Shown here: positions 33,823 through 47,212 of the stretch, in pieces
How the letters are laid out: every line of letters begins with the position of its first letter
Numbering within the stretch: the first letter of the stretch is position 1
Source: Planktothrix sp. GU0601_MAG3
GTDB taxonomy: Bacteria; Cyanobacteriota; Cyanobacteriia; Cyanobacteriales; Microcoleaceae
Reading direction: 5' to 3'
Assembly: GCA_035193785.1 (NCBI GenBank)
Contig: CP136572.1
Span: 2,228,578 to 2,292,577, forward strand
Length of the DNA: 64,000 nucleotides
Translations under genes and position numbers: made by a program
Notes under the pieces: generated by a model
Told to the model about the DNA's origin: nothing
Database searches by the model: none
What the model saw: the letters and a program-made list of their open reading frames with translations, nothing else

Positions 33823-36628
33823 ATGAAATCCTCTAAATGGCGATTAGGTCTTGTTACCTTCACCCTAACCAGTGCCTCTATCTCTGTTCAAGCTCAAATC
33901 ATCCCTGATGCCACCTTACCGATAAATTCTACGGTCAATCAACAACAAAACCGTTTTCAAATCGACGGGGGAACAACTGCCCGAAGCAATCTGTTTCATA
34001 GTTTCCGTGAGTTTTCCTTACCAACGGGTACGGAGGCATTTTTCAATAATTCCACAGAAATTGTTAATATTATTACTCGTGTGACGGGTGGACGGGTTTC
34101 TAACTTAGATGGACTGATTCGAGCCAATGGCATCGCTAACTTATTTTTAATTAACCCTAGCGGGATTGTTTTTGGCCCCAATGCTCGCCTTGAGATTGGG
34201 GGCTCGTTTTTGGGTAGCACGGCTGAAAGCCTTTTATTGAATGATGGCAGCGAATTCAGTGCCACTAATCCCCAAGCTCCACCCCTGCTGACCATTAATG
34301 TTCCCATCGGCTTGCAATATGGGTCAAATCCTGGAGCAATTATTAACCAATCAAGGGCTATAGATAGCAGTGGTAACGTCATCGGTTTGCAGGTTCAACC
34401 CCGCCAGACCCTAGCTTTAATGGGGGGAACAATTGGTTTTTTGGGAGGGGTTCTCACCGCACCCCAAGGACAGATTCAACTAGGGAGTGTGGGCAGTAAC
34501 GAACAAATTAGTCTGACTCAAGCAAGCACGGGGTTAACGTTTGCTTATCCAGGTGTCCGTAACTTTAATGATATTAACTTATCCCAACAGTCTAAAGTTG
34601 ATACCAGTGGAGTCGGTGGGGGTGCAATTTCCCTGCGAGGTCGGCAAATAGGTCTAACCGACAATTCTATTATTACTTCTACAACTTTAGGAAATGAACC
34701 GGGCAATAATATTTTAATTGAAGGAGAACGGTTGCAAGTTCAAAATGGCTCCTCAATTTCAACTGCCACTTTCGGAGCAGCTTCCGGTGGAGATTTAACC
34801 GTTAATACCTCCAAGTCTATTGAACTTATTGGGACTGATAATATTGTCAATATTATTTTATCTTTATTCTCTAAACCTGATATTCCTGTCTTACCGAAAG
34901 ATGGCTTATTAACTGCTAGTTTGGGAAGTGGTCGGGGAGGAGATATCACCTTAACCACAGAAACATTTACAGCACTCAATGGAGGTTTAGCTTTTACAGC
35001 CACTTTTGCCAATGGCATGGGGGGAAATGTAATCTTAAATGCCAAAGATATTAATATTATTAATGCGGGATTAATGGCAGGTACAGATAATTTCGGTACG
35101 GCTGGAAATATAATGCTAAATACTCAAACATTAAGAATGCGAGATAGTAGCGTTATTGTAACAGTAACCCTAGATGAAGGCGACGCCGGAAATTTAACCG
35201 TTAATGCTACGGATGCGATTGAAATGTTAGGCCCCCTAGAATTACCACAGACATCATATTTGGCTCAACAGAGTATTGGAGTTGGAATAACCGCATTAAC
35301 ATCTGAAACCTATGGCACTGGAGATGCTGGAGATTTAACTATCAATACTCGACAACTGACTTTAAATAATCTTGCTTTTATTACTGCATCGACAACAGGA
35401 ACAGGTCATGCCGGGAATTTAACGGTGAACGCAGAACAGTTACAGTTATCAAATGGAAGTTCTATTTCAGCAGCCACAAGGGGTTTCAATCCTGGGGGAA
35501 ACTTAATCATCAATGTTTCAGATACAGTAGAAATTATGGGTTATTCAACTAAACAAGGAAATCCCAGCATTATAGGTGTTTTAACCCAAGGTGCAGGTGC
35601 AGCAGGGGACTTAACTCTAAATACCCGGAGATTAATGATTCGAGATGGAGGACAAATATCCGCAGAAACATTGGGTTTCTGGAAATGGTGGAAATATTGA
35701 TATAAATGCCTCAGAATCTATTGAGATTATAGGTTTCAATCCAGAAGAATATTATGCTTCTGGAATTTTTGCCAGTGTTCAACCCAGTGAAAATCAAAAT
35801 CTCGGTAATGGCGGTAGTATTAAAATTAACACGGGACAGCTAACTTTAGAAGATCAAGCAAGAATTACAGTTAGTGGTGAAGGACGAGGTAATGCTGGAA
35901 ATATTGATATTCAAGCCAATTCTATTTCCCTAAGTAATAGTCAAATTAGAGGGATAACAGCAGCAGGTCAACAGGGTAATATTAACCTTCAATCTCCTAA
36001 AATTCAGTTAAGACAAGGAAGTTCAATCTCGACGAACTCCAGCAATAGAAATGGAGGAAATATTACTCTTAATACCGAGAATTTAGTGGGATTAGAAAAT
36101 AGTGATATTACAGCTAATGCGGTACAGGGAAATGGAGGACGAGTTGTGATTAATGCTCAAGGAATCTTTGGAACAGGTTATCGAGAACAAGAGAATCCGA
36201 GAACCAGTGATATTACAGCAACCAGTGATTTAGGAGCCGCATTTAACGGGAAAGTTGAGCTTAATCTTCCAATTGTTGATCCCACTTCTGGGTTAACTAA
36301 TTTACAGGAAAAGTTTGTTAATGCAGAGACATTAATTGACCAAAGTTGTATTCCAGGAAATACCAAACGCAGTCGTTTTATTATTACTGGAAGTGGGGGT
36401 TTACCCTTAAATCCTACCACCGAAACCCTGAGTTCTGATCAAGGTTGGGTTGATCATCGTTTTTCAGATCAACAAATATATCCTAATCCTTTAGTAAAGT
36501 CAAGGAATATTATGGAAGCACAAGGTTGGATTGTTCATGAAAATGGCGCGGTTGAATTAGTCGCTGAAACTACAAATTCCCGTCCTAATTCTTCATCTAT
36601 TCCTGTTCCTTCTTGTCCTAAAATATAG
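33823..36628 (+). CDS. Filamentous haemagglutinin (TPS) N-terminal domain protein; apparent frameshift ~35677
   Basis: Signal peptide, NLFHSFREF, NLFLINPSGI, repeated GxGGxL/IxI beta-helix units, C-terminal FIITGSGGLP..EAQGW. Confidence 0.9.
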
Positions 36629-36664
36629 CAATTCTCAATAATCCCTTGACTTTTATTGAGTCCT

Positions 36665-36776
36665 AGATCCCCCCTAACCCCCCTTGGAAAAGGGGGAACC
36701 GGATTAAAAGTCTCCATTGGAAAGGGAGGGATTGGAGTTCAAAGTCCCCCTTTTTAAGGGGGATTTAGGGGGATCT
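36665..36776. repeat. Cyanobacterial palindromic repeat (AGATCCCCCCTAA..TTAGGGGGATCT)
   Basis: Terminal inverted repeat with internal CCCCCTT..AAGGGGG hairpins. Confidence 0.7.
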
Positions 36777-36863
36777 GATCTATGATGTAATCAGTAGTTT
36801 TCGGCGATCATTGATACCTAATTTCAAGACAAAACCCTAACAATAAAACATTACAACCTATTT

Positions 36864-39345
36864 ATGAAATCTATTTTTTACAAATTTAAGTTTCTTCTAT
36901 TTATATTACTAGGACTAACTTTAATCTTAATTTTAAGTTTAGTTAAACCTCTGGTGGGATTAACTTCAACTCCCTTAAACCTAGAAGCGCAACACCTAAC
37001 ACAACAAGGACATCAACAGTTAAATTTGGGTCAAGCTGAAACCGCTTTAGAAACTTGGAAAAAAGCCAATCAACTTTATACTAAATTATCGGATAATGAA
37101 GGAATAATCGGAAGTCAAATTAATCAAAGTCTGGCGTTACAAGCTCTAGGAAATAATTATCAAGCTTGTTTGATTTTACTCAAAGCACTTGAAATTAAAA
37201 ATAATGACCAAATTTGTCAGAGAGGAGGCGAAGAAACCGAGGCTTTTTCTCAACTTCAGAGAACAATTATAGAAGGAATTGCTTTACAGAATCTAGGGGA
37301 TATTCTTCGCAAATTAGGAAAATTAGATTTATCCCATAAAACTTTAGAAAAAAGTCTAAAAATTGCTGAATCTTTTAATAACAATAATCAAGTTAATGGA
37401 ATTATACTCAGTTTAGCCAATACAGAACAAGCTCAATATCAACAAAAATATGATTTATACAAAAGAACTGAGTTATCTCAGAATCTAAAAAATGCGATCA
37501 CCCAAGCAGAAATAGCCCTAAAACACTATCAACAAGTCGCAACTCAAACAGAAACATCTCTCCCAATTAAAGCTAATCTAAATCAACTTAATTTACGTCT
37601 GGAACTAAAAGCTGCATTAAGTAAATTTGTCAACGAAGATAATCCCAATATTCAAAAAATAATTAAGCAAAATCAGGAACAAATCTCTACTCTGTCTGAA
37701 CAATTTATAAAAGATTTATCTATCTTTTCAAATTTTTCAGCTATTCAAGAAATTTATGTTAAACTAAAGTTAGCTCAAATTTTTAGCCAGTTAGAAACTC
37801 AGGAATATTTAGACGCAGCTTGGAAACCTAACTACATCTACTCTGGAAAAAGCCAATGAAATTGACAACAAAAGATCTCAATCCTATGCTTTAGGACTGT
37901 TAGGAAAATTATCTCAACAGAAAAATCAACTTTTAGATGCTCAAAAATTAACTCAATCTGGTTTAAGTTTAGCTCGCTCCATTCGAGCTTGGGATATTAT
38001 TTATCAGTTTGATTATCAGTTAGGACAAATTTATGAAACCCAAGGAGAGGTGGAAAAAGCCTTAAATTTTTATCAAGATTCCCTAGAAATCTTAAAAAAA
38101 GTTCGTCCTAATGTGCTGGTTTCAGAATTAGATAATCAATTATCTTTCCTAGAAAAAATTAAGCCAATTTATGAAAGTTATATCTATTTAAAACTTCAAA
38201 CTCCCACACCGGAAACATTGCAAAATATAACTCAAGTTATCTCTGAACTTCAACAAGTTGAAATCGAAAATTTTTTACAATGTAATACCCTGGAAAAACA
38301 GTCTTTAGACCGAACAGTTCCGGTTATTTATATGTTGGTATTGGAAACAAAAAATCAAGTTGCTATCATTGTTCAGGGAACTAAAAAACTTGACTATCAA
38401 CTTTATCGAACTAACTGGGAAACTGTAAAATTTGCTATTAATAAATTACAAGATACTTTACAAAAAGGAGAATTTAGAAGTAGTGCTTCCCAGAATTGGT
38501 TAGATGCTAATACCCTCAAATTATATCAGCTTTTGATTCAACCGCTTGAACAGTTTTTACCCCCTCAAGGAACATTAGTATTGGTTTTAGATAGTTTGTT
38601 ACAGGGGATTCCCTTCTCTATTCTCAAAGATGAGCAAAACCATTATTTAATTGAAAAATACACTTTAGCTTTTAATTTGGGTTTTCTCCTCAAAACCTCT
38701 CCACCTTTATTTAAGCAACCTCCAAAATCGTTATTAATTGGTTTAACCCAAGCAAATCAAAATTTGTTTAGCGATTTTAAACCTTTAAAAAATGTTAAAG
38801 ATGAAATTGAAAATATTAAATCTCAAGTAGTTTCCAGCCAAGTGTTATTAGATCAGGATTTTACCCGAGAAAAATTTAATTTACAATTTAGTCAATCGAA
38901 TTTTTCTGGCTTACATATTGCGACTCATGGCGATTTTAGTTCCGATCCTAATCAAACATTTATTCTCGCCTATGATGATAAGATCTATTTGCAAGAATTA
39001 GATCAATTACTCAGAAATAGAAATCAACAAAATTTTACTCCGATTGAATTAATGGTTTTGAGCGCTTGTCAAACCGCCGCCGGAGACCGTCGCGCTAGTT
39101 TGGGTTTAGCGGGTGTTGCTATCCAAGCGGGGGCGGAAACTGTGGTAGCAAGTTTATGGAATGTTAGCGATCGCTCTACTGCTTTACTTATGAGTTTATT
39201 CTATAAAAATTTGAGAAAACCTAACATGACAAAAGCAGAAGCTTTGCATCAAGCTCAACTCGAATTGCTCCATAATAGGGAATATCAAGATTTTAATTAT
39301 CCCTATTATTGGGGAGCTTTTATTTTAGTTGGAAATCGACTTTAA
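36864..39345 (+). CDS. TPR + CHAT (caspase-like) domain protein; apparent frameshift ~37825
   Basis: N-terminal TM/signal, TPR-like helices, LHIATHG and LSACQT dyad, ASLWNV, YYWGAFILVG. Confidence 0.9.
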
Positions 39346-39358
39346 CTGTTACATTCGA

Positions 39359-39389
39359 TGTAGAGACGCGCCATGGCGCGTCTCTACAG
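39359..39389. repeat. REP-like palindrome between convergent genes
   Basis: TGTAGAGACGCGCCATGGCGCGTCTCTACA. Confidence 0.8.
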
Positions 39390-39411
39390 GGCGCTAGGAG
39401 GGATCATTAAT

Positions 39412-39916
39412 CTAAATTCCAACTTTAAAAACAGTTAACCCGACTTTAGAGTTAGAAATATCAGTTTCAATAGTTAGTTTATATTCTTTTCCAGACTGTA
39501 AAGGTGGATTAAATGGATAGGGAATTGTAATCACTCCTTTAGCATCCGGCGTAACTGTTTTTGCTTCTATTGTTTCTTTCTCCTATCCCTTCTGAACTTC
39601 CACTATAAACCAGACGAATAATATAATTTGTTGCGCCTTCAACCGCATACCAAGAAAACTCCGGTCTATCACTTTCTAAAGTAGAATAATTTGGGGGACT
39701 AACAATTATTGGAGTATTTTTATCCTCTGGGTTTCGGGGAGAATCTTCTATACAACCCTGGGGACTTTCACAGTTATTGGGTGTTTTTTCTTCAGCAGTA
39801 TTCTTCTGAGCTAAAGGATCAAATAACTGATTTTCTGGGGCGGCTTGAGTTAATTCACTGCTTGTAAATACAATGAAAATTAAACTAAACAAAGTTACTG
39901 CAATTTTGAGTTTCAT
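39412..39916 (-). CDS. Small secreted hypothetical protein (Ig/FN3-like); apparent frameshift ~39574
   Basis: Signal peptide, RPEFSW..GATNY; corrected frame continues to PLQSGKEY..; overlaps the kinase stop by 4 nt. Confidence 0.6.
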
Positions 39917-41626
39917 GGAATTTGTCTAGCCTCTTTTAAACGTTGAATGGCGATGGTTTTCCAGATTTTAACCTCTATTTTATCCTGAGAGTCAGCTTCT
40001 AAACAAGCCTTCCATTCCTGTAGAGATTCAGTTTTCTGATTTTTGGCTTCTAACACCTGAGCTAATAAACAATGGCTATCCCGGCGTTTTTCATTCAGTT
40101 TAATGGCTTGTTGTAAATTATTTTCAGCCTGAATATATTCAGTTTTCATCCAATAAGCCCATCCTAAATTCTTGTGTAAAGCTGCTTGAACATTGGTGTT
40201 ACTTTTTTTCTTTAAACCATCTGAACTTAATTCAATTGCTGTTACTGGATCACCCTTTAAAATTTGCAACCGAGCTAAGTTACTCTGAGCATAAACTCCA
40301 ACGGATTGATCGGACTGCATTGCTAATTTATATTCAGTTTCCGCCTTGGAAAAATCCCCTAAATTATCATATAATTTTCCTAAATTATAATGAGCAACAT
40401 AATTTTTTGGATCAATTTCTATTGCTTTTTGATAATTTTTTTGAGCGCATTCTAAATCGTTTTCTTTGTTACAAATTAATCCCAGATTATTATATATTTT
40501 AGCAGCATTTTTATCAAAAATCAAGGCTTTTTCAAGATAAAATTTAGCTTGAGCAGAGTCACCTTTTTCCAGAAATTCTACGCTTTTCTGATAATAATAA
40601 TTAGCAATATGGGGTTTAGCTAAATAAAAGATGACACTTCCTGTTACACTTAAAGTGATCGAAACTGCAAAGAAAACTTTAAATTTATCAGATTGAATAA
40701 CTTGATAGGTGAAGCGTTCAATTTGCTTACGGCGTAAATTATAGGGGGTTAAATATTTTAAAATTTCCCTAGTATTATGGGGTCTATTATAGGATTCTGG
40801 TTCCATTAACCAATCAATATAATCAGCAAAAGCACTAGAGATTTTAGGGGCTTGGTTTCGCCAAATCAGTTGACCAGTTTTTGAATCCTTGGGAAGTTCT
40901 AGGGGAGATATTCCTGTTAGTAAATGAACAAATGTACGCCCCAAAGCAAAAAAATCTGATTGCAGTACCGCTTGTCCATTCATCTGCTCTGGGGGAGAAT
41001 AACCCCCGGAAATCACGGTAGTAACATTGCTTAAATTGATTTTTGCTAAGTGAGTCACTGTCATTTCTCTAACAGTTCCAAAGTCAATTAATGCTAAACT
41101 ATGATCGGGTTTACAAATAATATTAGCAGGTTTAATGTCCCGATGAAAAAACTTTTTGTTGTGTAAAATATCTAAAATTTCACAGATTTGTCTTAACCAT
41201 TTTAATGCTAAATCTTCCGAAATGGGAGCATGGTTACTCAACCAAGTTTCTAAATTTTCTCCGGCTATTTTTTCCATGACTAAACAGTAAAGCCGACGGG
41301 AACTTCCGGTGGGTTTAATCTTAAAAAATTCCCCCTTCTCAACTTTAGGAATACCGGGATGATCCAAATCTATTAAAATCGAAGCTTCTCGAAAAAATAG
41401 ATCAACCAGTTCGGGATCATCATATTTTAAGACCTTCATAACTTTGGAATTTCCCTGATCATCTATTTCAAAGATATCCGTTGAATATCGAGGATCAAGG
41501 GTTTCGTAGGGGTTTCAACAAGCGATAACGTCCTTGCAATAATAGAGGAGTTTCGCAGGATTGACAAAACTGCAAGGAATCGGGGTTTTCACGCGATTTA
41601 CATTCAGGGTTAATACAGTAGTTCAC
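39913..41626 (-). CDS. Ser/Thr protein kinase with 4-Cys prefix, TM segment and TPRs; apparent frameshift ~41503
   Basis: GTG start gives NYCINPEC..FCQSC; VMK, HRDIKPAN, DFG, GYSPPEQ; TM helix; TPRs (YNNLG, HYNLG). Confidence 0.9.
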
Positions 41627-41641
41627 ACATTTATTTAATAT

Positions 41642-42967
41642 TTATAAATGAGACAATTGATGCTGTTTGATATACTTTTGAATCAGGGGTTGTAGGCTAA
41701 ATAGAACTTCATTACTCGGTTGATTTTGGATTTTTTCAACCAGCGATCGCCCTAATAAAGATTCCAAAGGTTCCAGAATTTTAGATAAACTTAAAAAATG
41801 AGATGATTTTTCTTGTAAATCTTTTAGGGATAGGGGTTTATCTGCTTCAGCTAAACAAAATAAAATTTGTTTTTGGATATCGGAAAGCCGATCAAATTGA
41901 TTGTCTAAAATATCTCGAAATCCTTCATTGATCACAATAGTGCCGTAGTTCAAAAAATCTCCTATGTCCCCTTGAAAAATATCAATAATCATCAGAGATA
42001 ATAACTTTAAAGCCAAGGGATTTCCGCTATAATAATGCACCAGTTCTTGCCAATGGTTTGTGGTTCCTTTTAAACCCTGTTCTTGTAAAATTTGCTCTAC
42101 TTCTTGAGGATTGAGTCCTTCGAGAAAAAACTGATAAACTTGAGAGGATAATTGGGCGGATAAACTAATTTCTCTGATTTTTTCCTGACTAATGACCACT
42201 AAACAACTTTGATGTTCACTTTCGCCCACGACTTCAAAAAATAGTCCGTAGTCGTCATATCCAGGAATATATTTTCCTGAACTACCACTTTGCAAAATGT
42301 GTTCAGCATCATCGAGAATAATCAGACAGGGAGAGGAGTTAAGCTGTTCTATAAGTAGGGATATTTTGCCTTCAATGGACTCAGGAATAGCAATTTCATG
42401 GTTGAGAAATTCTAGCAATTCTGTGAGTAGATCGGATAGGGAAGGTGTGTTTCTGAGCGATCGCCAAAATAAACAATAAGACTGATTTTGCAGAATTTGA
42501 CCGAGTTTAACTATTAAGCTAGTTTTACCGATCCCACCCATACCTTGTATTGCTAACAGTCTACATTGTTGTTGTAATATCTGATTTTTTAGCAGAGTTA
42601 GTTGTGGTTGGCGTCCATGAAATCCATAGAGTTTAGGCGCTTCACCCCAGTCATTCTTAAAGCCATTGGGATCGGTTTTGTCAGGTAAAACAGTCTGATA
42701 TTCCTGGTAACGAGACATCAATAATTTTTGCAGTTTCGCCAGTTTTACCGGGCCTTTTCCCTCAATTTCAAACTTATCATAGACTTGGCTCAGGCGCTGG
42801 CGTACTGCGGAAGCCTGAATTTGAATTTGTTCAGCGATCTCTGGAATATCATAACCTTGGGTGATCAAAGCCATGACTTCCCCTTCTGAGCGGGAAAGCT
42901 TACGTTGTTTGGCTTCCTGTTGTATAAATGCTTCCAGTTTTGAATCAGTTTTTTCCATCATTCTCAT
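41642..42967 (-). CDS. LuxR-type HTH + NB-ARC (STAND) ATPase without C-terminal sensor repeats
   Basis: LSRSE..EIAEQ..VRQRL..VYDKF HTH; DWGEAP, GMGGIGKTS, IILDD, GNPLAL. Confidence 0.85.
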   Translation of the reverse strand: MRMMEKTDSKLEAFIQQEAKQRKLSRSEGEVMALITQGYDIPEIAEQIQIQASAVRQRLSQVYDKFEIEGKGPVKLAKLQKLLMSRYQEYQTVLPDKTDPNGFKNDWGEAPKLYGFHGRQPQLTLLKNQILQQQCRLLAIQGMGGIGKTSLIVKLGQILQNQSYCLFWRSLRNTPSLSDLLTELLEFLNHEIAIPESIEGKISLLIEQLNSSPCLIILDDAEHILQSGSSGKYIPGYDDYGLFFEVVGESEHQSCLVVISQEKIREISLSAQLSSQVYQFFLEGLNPQEVEQILQEQGLKGTTNHWQELVHYYSGNPLALKLLSLMIIDIFQGDIGDFLNYGTIVINEGFRDILDNQFDRLSDIQKQILFCLAEADKPLSLKDLQEKSSHFLSLSKILEPLESLLGRSLVEKIQNQPSNEVLFSLQPLIQKYIKQHQLSHL

Positions 42968-43043
42968 CCTTTTCTAACTTCTACCCTGGAACCTTTATGA
43001 TGATTATAACCTTTCTTGCCAGCGACTGTTTGTATTTGGCTAA

Positions 43044-44748
43044 TCATATCTGATTCATGTCAGTTTGGTTCTGTTTAGAAGCTAAAAAAGATTGATAGTT
43101 TTTCAGGGCTTTTGGTTCGGAGGGAACAGCTTTTTTCATTAAAATTACCCCATCTCTAAAATCAATAATCCCGTATTCTTTCTTAGCCGTTAATTGTTCA
43201 ATTCGTTGGGTAATTTCTTTGAAAGCATCGCGATCGCCTGAAAACGCAATCCCATATTTTTTTAATTGCCATAAATCCGCTAGAACATAGTCAACAGAAA
43301 CCACCTTCCCCGCATCATTTCTTAACTGATATAACGGAAACCTTAATACCTCCCGACGACTAGATAAATGGGGCACAATATAGGTCGTGGTAGCCACACT
43401 AGCATCGGCGGGAATGGCATCTATTAATGGTCTAAATTGACTAATATGCGACCACTGGGTGGTGACGGGAATATAAACCCAAGGATCAACCGAATCAGGA
43501 ATAATAAAATAGAGACTACGATGGGGATTGGATGTGAAACTAAAGAATAATGATAACCCAATACAAAATAACCAAAATCGACGGAATTTGACCGAGGGTA
43601 AGGAAACCTTGGCTCCCGAAATTTCTCCTGATTCGGGGTTTAATTGTAGGTCAGACTGTTCTTGTAACTGTTTTTGACGATTTGACCACCATAAAATTGT
43701 GCCATAAAACAACCCAGGAACCACCGTTAAAGCGTAACGAATCGTAATGGATAATACCGATTCTCCCTTAGCCATAAATAGTTTTAATAAAGGAAAACCC
43801 GCGATCATCCAAGACGCTGGAGCGATCGCCGGAATAAAAGCCAAGGGCAACCATTGACCTAATAAATATTTTAATGTTCCCCCAAAAGGAGTAAAAATTT
43901 CCATCAGCAATCTGCCGGGATTACTAATAATTCCCCAAAGAATTTCTAAGGTTGAAGCTTTATCTCCATCGGCATATTGACCAAACCTTTCCATCATAAA
44001 CCGTTCGGAAATATCAGCCGAAAATAAGGGCATAATTAAATTAGTTAGGGCTAAAATATAACCAAAACTCAGGAAACAAACGAGCACGCCCTGAATGGGA
44101 TGGCGTTTACTCAAAATTAGGTAAACCCCAACCCCAAATAAAATAATCCCCGAATCCTCTCGCACCATTAAAATTAAAACGGCACAGATCCAAAATAGCC
44201 ACCACCAGCGTTTTTCCATCGCTAGTAGCGCGGTGAACATAAATAAGGGAATTTGACAGATATCATGGAAATTACTTAGGGTGGGGCCGATCACCGCATT
44301 AGCCGCATAAAAGCTGACACTGATTAAGGCAGCTAGGGGGGGTTTCTAAATGCTGACGAGCTAGGAGATAAAGCACCAGTCCGGCGGCGGTAATTAATGT
44401 TACCTGCAATACCGAAAGGGTAACGGGGGAAGGAAACAGGGCGTAAAGCGGTAACCAAAGTAATAAAGCTGGGGTGAAATGCTGTCCTAAACGATGGTAA
44501 CTAACGCTGGGAAACTCCCCCTGATGGACAACATTGGTGGATAGGGCGGAAGACAGGGAACTTTGAAAAAAACGTCCCTGGGCACCATTCCAAAATACTT
44601 GATTGAAAATGCCTTGATCATAGGAGGCATAAAAACTAAAGTAACGGTGTAGAGTTAGGCTTAAACAAATGATAAAAAATGCGATCGCCACTCCCACGAC
44701 CCATTTCAACGACGAATTTTTCTGCCAGTTCTGCCCGCTTAGGAACAT
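43044..44748 (-). CDS. DUF2079-like membrane protein; apparent frameshift ~44344
   Basis: YDQGIFNQ, GQHFTP, NFHD, multiple TM segments, PHLSSR. Confidence 0.8.
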
Positions 44749-44925
44749 TTCGGATCTACCTAAATTATTTTAATGATCACCAAGACTCCCAGACACTCAA
44801 GACGGGTGAGGGATACCAAATCACAATCAGGGAATAGTCTACCATTCTCTTTCGGCTTTCGGAGTTCCACCGATCCCCAAAAAAAAATCAAATCTAAAGA
44901 AGATATTAAATTACACTATAAATAA

Positions 44926-46153
44926 ATGCAGTTGCCCATGTACTATCCTTCTTCGTTCAGAGACAGTGAAAATAGTTTACCGCACCTGCTCAAAACCCAT
45001 GAAATGCCTGCATTTCCCGAAAAACAGTCCCCGTCCCCAGAAGTCCCCTTGCAACTTCTTTTATTTGTTGATCAGCGTCCTAGCTCCCAAGAGCGGATTC
45101 GGCGAATTCGTGATTTCCTAGAGGAGTTAAATACTCAGGATCAATTTGAACTTCAGATTATTGACGTCGGTGAACAGCCCTATTTAGCCGAACATTTTAA
45201 ACTGATAGCCACACCCACCCTAATTAAAATTCACCCCGAACCTCGACAGGTTCTCGCGGGTAGTGATTTGGTGGCTCAACTGGAACATTGGTGGCTCCGT
45301 TGGAAACAAACGACGGAGTTATTGGAGTTGAATAAACAACAGCCTTCTGCTGCGAATTCCGGTTCTCCCGCCACGGATTTTGCCAATTCGGTAGCCCATG
45401 TTACTGAATTAATTAAACTTAGTGACGAGATATTTAACCTGCAACAAGAAAATGAACTTTTACAGCAACAATTACAGTTTAAAGATCGAATTATAGAAAT
45501 TTTAGCCCATGATTTACGCAGTCCTCTGACGGCGACTTCCTTGGCTATAGAAACTCTATCTTCTGATCAAATTACTGCGGCTTTGAAGGTGCGTTTGATT
45601 CAACAGGCTCGCGCTCAAATTCAGATTATTGATCGGATGATTACGGATATTTTACAGACATCAAATAGTCCTAATATTCGCTTACAAATTCAACCGAATC
45701 AGTTAGAATTAACGGCTTTTCTACACCAAATTTTAGCGGAGTTAGACTCGCAGTTTCAGTCTAAATCGTTAAATCTAAAAACCGATATTCCCCATGATAC
45801 CCCTTGGGTTTATGCTGATCCAGAACGAATTCGGCAAGTGATTGTTAATTTATTAGATAATGCAATTAAATATACTCCCCGGGGCGGAAACCCTGGAAGT
45901 GAGTGTGTTACACCGCACCAGTCAAAAGGTACAGGTGAGTATTGCCGATAGTGGGCCAGGAATTCCTGAAGAAAATCGCGATCGCATTTTCCAAGAAGGT
46001 TTTCGTTTAGCCCGGGATGAAGCTCAGGATGGTTATGGTATTGGTTTATCCCTATGTAAAAAAATTATTGCCGCTCACTATGGCAATATTTGGGTCGATT
46101 CTAGTTCCACCCGAGGCAGTTGTTTTCACTTTACCTTACCAGTTTATTATTAA
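44926..46153 (+). CDS. sasA: KaiB-domain histidine kinase SasA; apparent frameshift ~45889
   Basis: KaiB-like QLLLFVD..ATPTLIK; H-box [28 protein letters not shown]. Confidence 0.9.
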
Positions 46154-46183
46154 GGTTGGGGAGGGAACAGATAGAAATTTGAC

Positions 46184-46597
46184 CTAGGGATTATTTCTCA
46201 ACGCGGCAATAATTTTTTCATTGGCTTTAGGAAAGGGAAATTGATCAATTTCATCTAAAGTAACCCAGCGAATTTCATCACATTCTAAAGGCTGGGGTTC
46301 TCCACCCAAATAACGACAGTGATAAACATTTAAAGTTACTTTAAAATGGGTATAGGCGTGTTCAATGGTCATTAAATGATCTTCGACTGCGATTTCAATA
46401 GCTAATTCTTCTTGAATTTCCCGTTTAATACAATCTTCTAGGGTTTCCCCCAGTTCTAATTTTCCTCCAGGAAATTCCCACAGTCCCCCCAGTGAACCCT
46501 CGGCACGTCGTTTATCAATTAAAATTTGTTTTTGATGATTCCAAATCACACCAACACCAATAATTTTATGGGGTAAGGGAGATGATATTTCAAGCAT
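46184..46597 (-). CDS. mutT: 8-oxo-dGTP diphosphatase (Nudix)
   Basis: WEFPGGK..REIQEEL Nudix box, FPKAN. Confidence 0.88.
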   Translation of the reverse strand: MLEISSPLPHKIIGVGVIWNHQKQILIDKRRAEGSLGGLWEFPGGKLELGETLEDCIKREIQEELAIEIAVEDHLMTIEHAYTHFKVTLNVYHCRYLGGEPQPLECDEIRWVTLDEIDQFPFPKANEKIIAALRNNP

Positions 46598-46714
46598 AGG
46601 AAGATAATAATTTACTTAAATGAAAAACACAAAATTTTGGCAAACTCAAGATTTAGCTTGCCAAAATTTGAAACATTTTGTATTCATAGAATGGCACGGA
46701 ATCAAGGATGATAA

Positions 46715-47056
46715 CTATTCTTCAGTGGCTTTTTCAATGCCTGGGACAGAGCGTTCAAATGCCATTCTTTGTTCAGCATTGCGCAGAAAATAGCCACTAA
46801 TCATCGCCGACGCTAAGAGTCGTCCTAAATGTTCACGACTGGTTGTTACCGTAATCCCAAAATGTTCGGAGGGTAAATTGCCCAATAGTCCCACAATATT
46901 CCGCTCCATAACTTGGAAGACTTCCGAAGAATTCGGTTTAGACAGTTGGGAAACGGTATCGGGACTCATGGATTGGACATATTGCCACAGGAGGTTCCCC
47001 ATTTCTCCAGTTTCTTCCTGAAAAAATTCTGAATTGCGGCTAGATCGGTCGTTCAT
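46715..47056 (-). CDS. DUF760 family protein
   Basis: LWQYVQS, GLLGNLPSEHF, LASAMISGYFLRNAEQR. Confidence 0.85.
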   Translation of the reverse strand: MNDRSSRNSEFFQEETGEMGNLLWQYVQSMSPDTVSQLSKPNSSEVFQVMERNIVGLLGNLPSEHFGITVTTSREHLGRLLASAMISGYFLRNAEQRMAFERSVPGIEKATEE

Positions 47057-47212
47057 TTTTCTTCCCCCTTATACAAGAGTTTCAGTGAATTTCAATCTGA
47101 ATTAAATGTTTAACTCAATTGACCTCTACACTCTAATTTAGCAGGATGTAGAGATGTTTTCTGAAAACATCCCTACTCTTTGATGGTGTGTTATCCCCCC
47201 TGGATCAATGAT

